A stretch of DNA of 64,000 bases from an uncultured bacterium (lineage in GTDB: Bacteria > Planctomycetota > UBA1135 > GCA-002748355): contig CALLZN010000288.1 in NCBI GenBank assembly GCA_937858895.1, forward strand, positions 6,074-70,073, written 5' to 3'. The notes beneath the pieces were generated by a model. It did not search any database and was not told the DNA's origin. It saw nothing but the letters and a program-made list of their open reading frames with translations. This document shows positions 46,736-55,192 of the stretch, in pieces. The stretch's first letter is position 1. Every line of letters begins with the position of its first letter. Made by a program: the position numbers and the translations under genes.

Positions 46736-47770
46736 ATGTTCACTCGCTACCACGTCGCGCAGCGGGCCGTGCTGTGGATCACGACAATCACGTTGTCTGC
46801 ATGCACCACAGTGTCCCTTGCCCCACTGGCAAGGAAGCCGCTCGCGCAAGTCCGCTCTTGGGCGATCCAACTGCAGGGCCTCGAGCGCTCGGGCGCTGTC
46901 GCATCGCTGCAACGAGCGACGGTCGACCTCGTCGTGATCGAAGCCACCTCGAATGTGCGTGGAAGCGAGGGGTTTGCTAGCGCCGATGTCGTCCGCAAGC
47001 TCCGATCCACACCGGGCGAGGCGCTCCCTTCGAAGCTCGTCCTCGCCTATCTCAACGTCGGACAAGCCGAAGACTACCGGGACTACTGGCGCGAGGATTG
47101 GCGTGCGCCGACCACCGAAGAGCGTGGCAGCCCCGACTTTCTCTTGAGCCTCGATCCCGAAGGCTGGCCCGGCAACTACCCGTGCAAGTTCTGGGACGAA
47201 CGCTGGAAGCGCGTCCTCTTCGGCTCTCCCACGGCCGTGCTCGACCGCCTCCTCGAAGCCGGCTTCGACGGGGTCTACCTCGACTGGGTCCTCGGCTACG
47301 AAGACGCGAGCGTCCGGGCAGTCGCGCGGGCAGACGACGTCGACCCAGCACGCGCGATGCTGGAGCTCGTGGCGGAGCTCGCCGCCTACGCGCGGGCGCG
47401 GAAGCCCGGCTTCTTGATCGTCGCGCAGAACGCCGCCTGGCTCGGTCACGAAGCGCCGGGCTTCGAAGCGCACATCGACGCGCTCGCGCAGGAAGACCTG
47501 AGCTTCCGCGGCTCGGCGACGGCCAAGTGGGACGACGATGACGCGGGCGGCATCGATACGGTCCGCGAGCGGCTCGACGAAGACGGCCGCGACCCGCTGA
47601 TCGAACGCCTCAGCGAGATCCGAGCGGGCGGCCTGCCCATCCTCACGCTCGACTATGCCGTGCGTCGCGAAGACGTGCAGCGGGCGATCGAACGCAGCCG
47701 CAGCCGAGCCTTCGTGCCGACGGTCAGCCGCACGCCTCTCGATCGCCTACCGCTGCTGCTGCCGCGATGA
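46736..47770 (+). CDS. Lipoprotein glycoside hydrolase of the Glyco_hydro_114/PelA-hydrolase type (endo-alpha-1,4-galactosaminidase-like)
   Basis: Lipobox ITLSAC. LVLAYLNVGQAEDYRDYW, FDGVYLDWVLGYED and ALAQEDLSF are typical of the TM1410/GH114-like TIM barrel. Divergent from pelA. Confidence 0.75.
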   Translation: MFTRYHVAQRAVLWITTITLSACTTVSLAPLARKPLAQVRSWAIQLQGLERSGAVASLQRATVDLVVIEATSNVRGSEGFASADVVRKLRSTPGEALPSKLVLAYLNVGQAEDYRDYWREDWRAPTTEERGSPDFLLSLDPEGWPGNYPCKFWDERWKRVLFGSPTAVLDRLLEAGFDGVYLDWVLGYEDASVRAVARADDVDPARAMLELVAELAAYARARKPGFLIVAQNAAWLGHEAPGFEAHIDALAQEDLSFRGSATAKWDDDDAGGIDTVRERLDEDGRDPLIERLSEIRAGGLPILTLDYAVRREDVQRAIERSRSRAFVPTVSRTPLDRLPLLLPR

Positions 47771-47815
47771 GGGCGCGCTCGCGGCGCCGCAGCCATAACG
47801 TCAGAGACGGAAACG

Positions 47816-47891
<76 letters not shown>

Positions 47892-47929
47892 GCACGAGGC
47901 CGGGAAGGATAACGAGGCCCGGCCCTCGG

Positions 47930-49285
47930 TCAATGTCCGTTCCTGAGACCGACGCGCTTCACGAAACGAACGGGGCCAAGGGCTTCCTGCTCCTCGCTGC
48001 CCGCGACGACCGGGAAGCCGCGGGGCGCAAGGACACCCTGGACGGGTGAACGGCTGCGGACGACGAGGGGCTCCGTGCCTTCGAAGTGCACCGAACGACA
48101 GAGCACGCCGCCGATGACCTCGGCGCCGGCATTCGCGACGACCAGGTCGTGGGTGGCGCAGAGCATGAGTTGCACGCTCGCGCGCCGGTCAGGACTCGCA
48201 AGCCAGATGCGCCCCGCCCCCTCGGTCGGGCTCAGCAGTGGCAAGGTGACATGGGCCTCGCTTCTCGGCTCGTTCTCCGAGCGCCGGCCGTCTCGATCGA
48301 GGTCACGGTAGGACGCATAGCCCGGCCGGCCCGCGACGATGACGACTTGATCTGCCTCGCCTTGGAGCCGCACGGTCCCCGCGATGTGGACATCGCCATC
48401 GACCAGGATGAGGATCGTGCGCCCCCGTGTCGACAAGAGCGTGTCGGCATCGCTTCGGCCGATCCACAGATGGCCGCGTACGCGAAGGACGCTATCGCGC
48501 CGTGTGTGCAAGGCAGCGACGATGCGTGCGGCGGCGGGGTTGCCGAGTTCGAAATTGTCGAGTTCGGTCGCTCCGACTTGGAAGGCCTCGCGACGGCGCT
48601 CATCGGCACGGCGGAAGTTGGCGAGCAGAGCCGCCTCGGCATGGCCGTCACGGTCGCCGACGCGACGGCGATCGACCCAAACGTCCACATCACTCCAAGC
48701 CTCGACATCTTGGAAGGGCATACGTTCGAGACGCCGTGGTGTGCAACCCTCCACTCGGCAAGCGTCCTCGTCGCCAATGTCCGCAAGCGAAGCGAAGGGC
48801 CAAGAGAGGCACGGCTCGACGACGCCTCGTTGCAACGGCGCCTGAAAGAGCAGCAAGTTGGAAGCGACCTCGATCCCACAAACGAGCAGGCGCTCACGGT
48901 CTTGCTTGCGGAACTCGACCCAGGCACGCCCTCGTGGGTCATCGGCGAACGGACCTTGGTGCAAGCTGAGACGCTGCCCGGCGAAGAGCTGCCCCATCGC
49001 GGGCAAGGCTCGACGGAGCACGTCCTCGGCGACGGCGAGGCGCTTCGTTGCTTCCACACGTTTGTCGACCTGCGCCTCGTGCCGCTTCGGCTCGTCGACG
49101 ACGAGGACCGCGACCATGGTGATCGCCACAGCAGCGATGACCGCCACGGCGACGGCGCCCTCGGCTGCGAAGGGCCCCAGAAGCGTGCGCCTCCACGCCG
49201 CCCGCAGTCGACTCGCCCACAGACCTCGCCGCCGCGCCGGTCTGCGCGTGACGAGAGGGCGTGGTGCCTGGTCAGCGCTGCGCAT
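47930..49285 (-). CDS. Hypothetical single-pass membrane protein (start uncertain)
   Basis: Long ORF with the TM segment AVAVAVIAAVAITMVAVLVV. No domain recognised. Candidate starts are ATG 49285 (no overlap with the upstream gene), ATG 49378, ATG 49408 and GTG 49441. Confidence 0.4.
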   Translation of the reverse strand: MRSADQAPRPLVTRRPARRRGLWASRLRAAWRRTLLGPFAAEGAVAVAVIAAVAITMVAVLVVDEPKRHEAQVDKRVEATKRLAVAEDVLRRALPAMGQLFAGQRLSLHQGPFADDPRGRAWVEFRKQDRERLLVCGIEVASNLLLFQAPLQRGVVEPCLSWPFASLADIGDEDACRVEGCTPRRLERMPFQDVEAWSDVDVWVDRRRVGDRDGHAEAALLANFRRADERRREAFQVGATELDNFELGNPAAARIVAALHTRRDSVLRVRGHLWIGRSDADTLLSTRGRTILILVDGDVHIAGTVRLQGEADQVVIVAGRPGYASYRDLDRDGRRSENEPRSEAHVTLPLLSPTEGAGRIWLASPDRRASVQLMLCATHDLVVANAGAEVIGGVLCRSVHFEGTEPLVVRSRSPVQGVLAPRGFPVVAGSEEQEALGPVRFVKRVGLRNGH

Positions 49286-49316
49286 CGTCCACCGCCGTTC
49301 CGTGAGCGTCGGCGCT

Positions 49317-49868
49317 TCAGCGACCGACTGGAGGTGAAGCTTGGTTCTCGGTAGGCGGCGCGGCGACGGCGTCGACATCGGTAGCGCATCCGGTCGACGG
49401 GGTGGCATCGACAGGCTTCGGCTCGAGGAAAAGTTCGACACCTGCAGGCGGATGAGCGCGCAACCACGTGATCATCGCGTTGAGCTCATCGGCGATCTCG
49501 GTCAGCTCGTCACCCTTGCGCAACTTGACAGTAAAGCTCAAGTCGCCCTCACGGATCTCTCGCATCGAACGGCAGAGCCGAAACATCGGACCGGCGATGC
49601 GGTTGCTGTAGCGCAGCGCAGAGATCACGACCGTCGTCCCAGCGGCGACGATGAACAAGAAAAGCGAGACGAAGAGCGGCGCCAAGGTCGGCAGCCCCTG
49701 TTCGGCGGCCCGGGCTTCATCGAGGACGCGTCCCGTCAGGATCGCGACCGCGATGGTCGCCGCCACGAGCACCAACATCGGGATGATCGTGACACCGACG
49801 ATGATGCGCCGCTGAACGGGTTTGTTGATGATCAGCTTCTTGCGGCGATTCGGAAGAGTGTGCGACAT
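49317..49868 (-). CDS. Two-TM HAMP-domain protein without a recognisable output domain
   Basis: ATG at 49868 (MSHTLPNRRKKLIINKPVQRR). Two TM segments. HAMP-like SNRIAGPMFRLCRSMREIREGDLSFTVKLRKGDELTEIADELNAMITWL. The protein ends about 45 aa later. Confidence 0.7.
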   Translation of the reverse strand: MSHTLPNRRKKLIINKPVQRRIIVGVTIIPMLVLVAATIAVAILTGRVLDEARAAEQGLPTLAPLFVSLFLFIVAAGTTVVISALRYSNRIAGPMFRLCRSMREIREGDLSFTVKLRKGDELTEIADELNAMITWLRAHPPAGVELFLEPKPVDATPSTGCATDVDAVAAPPTENQASPPVGR

Positions 49869-50610
49869 CGACTGAGTGACCTCGAGCGTTGGGCAGCGCA
49901 CCGGAGTGGCACGTTCGTGGTCGATCGGCGCAGTTGAGATGCGAGCTTGAGCATGCAACAGAAGCTCGTTGGCGCCGCAGCAGGAGAGCGACGCGCGCCT
50001 TGCTCGTCACTGAGCGATTGCCGGCCGTCGACGTCCTTCGACGCGATTTTGGCCAAGTTCGAACAAGCACACAAGTTCGCTCAGACCGTGCCGACCATGC
50101 CGAGGTGACGTGAGCAACGCCTCACGATGGTTCCTGACGAAACAAAAAAATGAACGACTCCAGCGAGCGCCGCGCAATGCAGATCAAGTGCCCGACGATG
50201 CGCAGAGTCATCAACTTCGATCGGGAATCCGACACAAGGACGGCCGCCGTCGCTGTGGTGCGCAGCGCAATGCTACACACGTTGCACGAGCGCAACGCTG
50301 TCGCATCGAACTGCGCCCCGCATCGAAGCATGGGCCCTGTGCCTCACCTGAGATTTCGTTCTCCCTGCCCTTCAGTCGGTGATGAAAGTGCGCCGAGAAT
50401 GCGGCGAGAGGGCGTGACGCGAGCGTCATTGCCTTCGCCGTTCCAAGGGACTTCCGCCGTGGCAATGTCGTGTGAGTTGCCAGTCGTCGCGCGGAACAGC
50501 AGTGCAGGGACGAACGCGCAGTTTCTCGACCGAGCGCAGTGCCAGCCATCCGGACTGAACGACGCCAGCAACGCGTGCAAGCGTCCGAGAGCGTGATCAA
50601 ACCCTGACGA

Positions 50611-51078
50611 ATGGAGAACCCCATGAATCGTGCGAACGACAACAAGAGTGACAACATGGATGACGCACGCGACCGCCGAGCCGACTCGGTACGCTTCGGC
50701 GACCTCGACGATGACAACGATGGTCTCGCCGGTAACCAGGCCAACAAGGGCATGCTGACCGATGCCGTCGCTGACAAGCTCGGCGGCTCGCGTCGTCAAG
50801 CTGCCCGTATTCTCGACGCCGTGCTCGACAGCATCACCGACCTGCTCAATGACAAGGGGCGTGTGGCTGTCAAGGGCTTCGGCACCTTCGAACGCAAGAT
50901 CCGCAAGGGTCGCGCCTACAAGCACCCGGTCACCGGCAAGAGCATCGATGTCGCCGACAAGCTGACGATTCTCTTCAAGCCATCGAAGAACCTCATCGAC
51001 GCGACGACCTGCGAGTCGAACGACTCGAAGGGCTCGAACGGGAAGAACGACGAGCCCGCTGCGCTTTTTCGCGCCTGA
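50611..51078 (+). CDS. HU/IHF-family DNA-binding protein with N- and C-terminal low-complexity extensions
   Basis: Core LTDAVADKLGGSRRQAARILDAVLDSITDLLNDKGRVAVKGFGTFERKIRKGRAYKHPVTGKSIDVADKLTILFKPSKNL. Alternative ATG at 50623 is preceded by GGAG. Confidence 0.8.
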   Translation: MENPMNRANDNKSDNMDDARDRRADSVRFGDLDDDNDGLAGNQANKGMLTDAVADKLGGSRRQAARILDAVLDSITDLLNDKGRVAVKGFGTFERKIRKGRAYKHPVTGKSIDVADKLTILFKPSKNLIDATTCESNDSKGSNGKNDEPAALFRA

Positions 51079-51170
51079 AAGCGACGACTGAGTTCTCGGC
51101 CGATGATGAGCTTCCCGCGCGCGGCGTCGCTATGCTCGCGCGGGTTCTACGACGCTGAGACACCTGAGCG

Positions 51171-52025
51171 ATGACCAAGACCCCATCCGTCCGCGCGGCT
51201 GCGATCCAGTGGGACATCCACCGCGGGGATGCAGCCTTCAACTTCGCGGAGGCCGAGCGCCTCATCCTCGAAGCGCACGAAGATGGCGTGGAGATCGTCG
51301 TCCTGCCCGAGCTCTGGTCGACGTCCTTTGTCGGCGACCGCGCGGTCGACTATCGCGACGACATCGCGCGGGTCGAGCAGGGCTTGGCGACCATGAGCGG
51401 CGACCTCGGCCTGGTCGCGACCGGTTCGAGCTACGAGGTCGACGCGGCGGGGTCGGTGTTCAACACTGCGACGGTCTTCGAAGACGGCAAGGTGCTCGGG
51501 CGCTACCGCAAGGCCCACCTCTTCAGCCCGCACGGCGAGGACCGCATGTTCACGGCCGGCGACGCGCCGCTCGTGGTCGACACCAAGTTCGGTCGGGCCG
51601 CGATCGCGATTTGCTACGACCTGCGCTTTCCTGAGCTCATTCGTGAGCTCGCGTTGACCGAAGCCATCATGCTGCTCGTTCCGGCACAGTGGCCCGAGCC
51701 GCGCGAACGACACTGGAACGTGCTGTCCCGCGCGCGCGCGATCGAGGAGCAGTTCTTCGTCGTCGCGAGCAATCGCTGCGGCGTCGAGCCGAGTCTCTTG
51801 TCGGACCAGGACATCAGCTACCCCGGCAACTCGTTGATCGTCAGCCCGACCGGCGAAGTCCTCGCCGAAGGCGATGGCGAAGCAAGCGTCGTCGCGGCCG
51901 ACCTCCGCCTCAAAGAAGTCTCGATCATCCGTCGCGCGATCCCGGTCTTCCGCGATCGACGCCCCGGCTTCTACGCGAAGGCTCACCGCGACTTGAGTCC
52001 GATGCGTCCAGCGCCGGAAGCGTGA
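51171..52025 (+). CDS. Carbon-nitrogen hydrolase (nitrilase superfamily, omega-amidase-like)
   Basis: VVLPELWSTSF (Glu), YRKAHLF (Lys) and AIAICYDLRFPEL (Cys) form the catalytic triad context. Confidence 0.85.
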   Translation: MTKTPSVRAAAIQWDIHRGDAAFNFAEAERLILEAHEDGVEIVVLPELWSTSFVGDRAVDYRDDIARVEQGLATMSGDLGLVATGSSYEVDAAGSVFNTATVFEDGKVLGRYRKAHLFSPHGEDRMFTAGDAPLVVDTKFGRAAIAICYDLRFPELIRELALTEAIMLLVPAQWPEPRERHWNVLSRARAIEEQFFVVASNRCGVEPSLLSDQDISYPGNSLIVSPTGEVLAEGDGEASVVAADLRLKEVSIIRRAIPVFRDRRPGFYAKAHRDLSPMRPAPEA

Positions 52026-52141
52026 GCCCATGCGTGGCGCATCTGAGCGCCATCGTTTCCAAGCAAAGCAGTGCAAGGGCCACTGCCTGCACATACGTCC
52101 CTGCTAAGCGGCGTTCTGGCGCGAGCTCCGCTTTTTACTCG

Positions 52142-52153
52142 TTTGCGTGCAAA
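52142..52153. promoter_or_regulatory. Perfect palindrome TTTGC-GT-GCAAA at the 5' end of the MarR gene (candidate operator)
   Basis: tttgcgtgcaaa read directly. It overlaps the GTG at 52147 that the ORF track uses as the start. Confidence 0.3.
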
Positions 52154-52737
52154 CTATCTGGCATCCTGCCTGGGTGCCGTCTCCCTCGTTTGATCCGCCG
52201 TCAGTCGAACAGCAGGGCGAGATCCTGCGAGCCCTCCGCCGCATCATGCGAGCGGTCGACTTGCACTCGCGCCACCTCTTCGAAGACCACGGCCTGACAG
52301 CCCCTCAGCTCGCGGCCTTGAGGGCGGTCGAGACCCACGGACCACTGTCGCCTGCTGCGATCGCCCAGCGTATCCACCTGAGTCGCCCCACCGTGACCGG
52401 CATCCTCGCGCGGCTCTGCTCCCGCGGCATGCTCGCTCGCACGCCGTGTCCGAGAGACGGACGCAGCGTCTGGATCGAACTCACCGTCTCCGGTCGACAG
52501 GCCCTCGCTGCCATGCCCCCGGTGCTTCAAGAGACCTTTGTCCACCGCTTGGCCGAGCTCGCCGATTGGGAGCGAAGCTCGATCCTCGCGACCTTGCAGC
52601 GCTTGGCATCGATGATGGACGCGTCCGATCTCGACGCCGCTCCCCTCCTCGTCAACCACGCGCCCGACACCGTGCCGCCCAACACGAACGGCACGAACGA
52701 CCAGTCCTTTCCAACGGAGCATTCCAATGCTGGGTGA
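52147..52737 (+). CDS. MarR-family transcriptional regulator (start uncertain)
   Basis: Winged-helix region LTAPQLAALRAVETHGPLSPAAIAQRIHLSRPTVTGILARLCSRGMLARTPCPRDGRSVWIELTVSGRQAL. Confidence 0.8.
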   Translation: MQTIWHPAWVPSPSFDPPSVEQQGEILRALRRIMRAVDLHSRHLFEDHGLTAPQLAALRAVETHGPLSPAAIAQRIHLSRPTVTGILARLCSRGMLARTPCPRDGRSVWIELTVSGRQALAAMPPVLQETFVHRLAELADWERSSILATLQRLASMMDASDLDAAPLLVNHAPDTVPPNTNGTNDQSFPTEHSNAG

Positions 52738-52785
52738 GATCGCGAGACCTGCACCCAGCCCCAGCTGACGAGCCCAAGGAAGCGC

Positions 52786-54447
52786 ATGAAGACCACGACC
52801 CGTACTGTTTCCCCTCGCCAAGCGGATGCCGATCATCTGGAGCGCATTTGGAAACTCGCCTACGCCGCTACTACCACCGAAGATCTAGAACAACTGTACG
52901 AGGAGTGGGCTAGCACCTACGACCATGACCACGCGAAGATCGGCTTCGTTGGTCATCGCGTCGCAGCCCACGTGCTCCAGCGTCACACGACTCGCCACGA
53001 TCTCCTGCGCGTGCTGGACGCTGGAGCTGGAACCGGCGCTGCGGGACAAGAGCTGCAGCGACTCGGTTTCGCGCACCTGACAGGTGTCGACCTCTCCCCT
53101 CACATGCTGGCCGTCGCGCGCGAGAAGGCCTGCTATGAAGAGCTCGTCGTAGCGGACATGTCCCTGCCGGTCGACGCCCTACCGGGTTTGTACTTCGACG
53201 CTGCGATCGCGGTCGGTCTCTTCTCTTATGGCCAAGCGCCAGCCGAGACCTTGGACGAGATCCTGCGCGTCGTCCGCCCTGGCGGCGTCTTCGCATTGAC
53301 CATGCGGACCGACTTCTTCGAGGAGGACCCTCTCGGCATCCGCGCCCGACTGGAGATCCTGCAGAAGCAGCGCGTCTGCCGCTTGCTCGAGGTCACCGAG
53401 CCGCTGCCCTACCTACCCGGCAAAGACCCACGAGCGCTGTTTCGCGTGTGGTGCTTTCGGGTCATCGGCCGCCGCGATGCGGAGGCCGAGGACGGTTTCG
53501 AAGAGGCCGTCCGCGAGGCATTCGAAGACGCCAACTGGGTCAAGAAGTTGGACCACTCATGGATCTGGGACTCGCGGGCTTCGCGCCTCTACGAGCGCTA
53601 CTCCCAATCCGACGGCTACTACCTGACCGACAGCGAAGAGGAGATCATCGAGCGGGAAGCGCACGAGATCGTCGCGAGCGAACGACTGATCGTAGAGCTC
53701 GGTTGCGGCTCGGCTCCCAAAATCCCCCCAATCTTGAAGGCCCCGCCCCAGATCTCGGACGAGCCGCTGCGCTACTGCCCGATCGACGTCTCGAAGGGCG
53801 CGCTCGACGCGACCACCGAAGAAGTCCGGCGGCTCTTCCCGGAGCGCCTCGAAGTCTGCCCGCAACAAGGCTTGTTCGCAGACATCCTGGACCAGATCCC
53901 AGAAGACCAACCCAAGCTGGTCTTCTTCTTCGGTTCCTCGATCGGCAATCTGGATCAAGTGCAGGACACAGTTCGCTTTCTCGAGGAAGTGCGCGCACAC
54001 TTCCAGCCTGGGGACCGCTTGGTCTTGGGCATCGACTTGCACAAAGACGCCGACGTCCTCGAACGCGCCTACAACGAAGAGGAGGCCTGTCGGGATTTCT
54101 TCGTACACATGGTGCGACGCATCAACGAGACGCTCGGGTCGGACTTCGACCCACGCGTCTTCGAACTCTCATCGACCTACGAGCCCGAAGAGGCCTACCA
54201 GGACATCCGAACACATCGCATGAATTTGCGTGTAGCACCAACAGAGCCACAACGAACATGGGTCAAGCAGCTCGGCATGGAGGTCTCGCTCGAAGCGGGA
54301 CAGCCGGTCCAAGTCGGCATCAGCCGCAAGTTCGATCCTGAGTCCATTGGCAGGCTCGGCGAGGCGGCGGGCTTCCACCTTCGACGCCAGTACTTCGATG
54401 CCCGAAGGTGGTTTTCGCTCAGTGAACTCGTCAGCCCGGATGCCTGA
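52786..54447 (+). CDS. Fusion protein: N-terminal class I SAM-dependent methyltransferase plus C-terminal EgtD-like (Methyltransf_33, amino-acid N-alpha-methyltransferase) domain
   Basis: N-terminal domain has motif I VLDAGAGTGAAG and VRPGGVFAL. C-terminal domain has VELGCGSAPK, YCPIDVSKGALD, FFGSSIGNL, GDRLVLGIDLHKD, ISRKF and WFSLSEL, colinear with EgtD as I recall it. AAGGAAG lies upstream of the ATG at 52786. Confidence 0.75.
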   Translation: MKTTTRTVSPRQADADHLERIWKLAYAATTTEDLEQLYEEWASTYDHDHAKIGFVGHRVAAHVLQRHTTRHDLLRVLDAGAGTGAAGQELQRLGFAHLTGVDLSPHMLAVAREKACYEELVVADMSLPVDALPGLYFDAAIAVGLFSYGQAPAETLDEILRVVRPGGVFALTMRTDFFEEDPLGIRARLEILQKQRVCRLLEVTEPLPYLPGKDPRALFRVWCFRVIGRRDAEAEDGFEEAVREAFEDANWVKKLDHSWIWDSRASRLYERYSQSDGYYLTDSEEEIIEREAHEIVASERLIVELGCGSAPKIPPILKAPPQISDEPLRYCPIDVSKGALDATTEEVRRLFPERLEVCPQQGLFADILDQIPEDQPKLVFFFGSSIGNLDQVQDTVRFLEEVRAHFQPGDRLVLGIDLHKDADVLERAYNEEEACRDFFVHMVRRINETLGSDFDPRVFELSSTYEPEEAYQDIRTHRMNLRVAPTEPQRTWVKQLGMEVSLEAGQPVQVGISRKFDPESIGRLGEAAGFHLRRQYFDARRWFSLSELVSPDA

Positions 54448-55192
54448 CGCTTCGATTCGCTTCGAATCGGTCTCCAAGACCTACCGCTCTTCGAAGAGCG
54501 GGGCGACGACCGCAGCCGTAGTAGGTCTCGACCTCGAGGTCGCAAGCGGCGAGGTGCTCTGCCTCGTCGGCACGAGCGGCTGCGGCAAGACCACGACCCT
54601 GCGCATGATCAATCGCTTGGTCGAGCCCAGCAAAGGGCGGGTCCTGGTCGGCGAGCGCGACATCCAAGAGCTCGACCCCATCCGCTTGCGCCGCAGAATG
54701 GGCTACGTGCTCCAGCGAGGCGGCCTCTTCCCACATCTGAGCGTGGCCGAGAACATCGGCTTGGTCGCCAAGCTCGAGGGCTGGACGCGGGAGCGCATCC
54801 GCGCGAGGGTCCTCGAGCTGCTCGAACTGGTTCACTTGGGTCCGGAGCTCGCAGAGCGCTTTCCTCGACAACTCTCCGGCGGCCAACGCCAACGCATCGG
54901 CGTGGCCCGCGCGCTCATGCTCGACCCACCGATCATACTATTGGACGAGCCCTTCGGCGCCCTGGACCCGATCACGAAGCGAGAGCTGCACGGCGAGTTC
55001 CACGAACTGCGCCGCCTGCTCCCGCGCACGATGGTGCTGGTCAGCCACGACATGAACGAAGCGCGCACGTTGGCGGACCGCATCGGCGTGATGTCGGAGG
55101 GCAGGCTGCTCCAGATAGGGACCTGGGACGACCTCGTCGGGCAGCCCGCGAACGACTTCGTCGCGAGCTTCGTCGGAGGCGATCATGGCTGA
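54440..55192 (+). CDS. ABC transporter ATP-binding protein (glycine betaine/OpuC-type)
   Basis: Walker A GTSGCGKTT, signature LSGGQRQRIGVARAL, Walker B ILLDEPFGALD. The ATG at 54440 overlaps the methyltransferase stop by 8 nt. Confidence 0.9.
   Translation: MPDASIRFESVSKTYRSSKSGATTAAVVGLDLEVASGEVLCLVGTSGCGKTTTLRMINRLVEPSKGRVLVGERDIQELDPIRLRRRMGYVLQRGGLFPHLSVAENIGLVAKLEGWTRERIRARVLELLELVHLGPELAERFPRQLSGGQRQRIGVARALMLDPPIILLDEPFGALDPITKRELHGEFHELRRLLPRTMVLVSHDMNEARTLADRIGVMSEGRLLQIGTWDDLVGQPANDFVASFVGGDHG

Noticed and set aside
50150-50596. 148-aa + ORF in the interval upstream of the HU-like gene.
   Set aside because: Poor codon bias for this genome, no Shine-Dalgarno sequence, and no recognisable domain. 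Kept only as a note under the intergenic finding.
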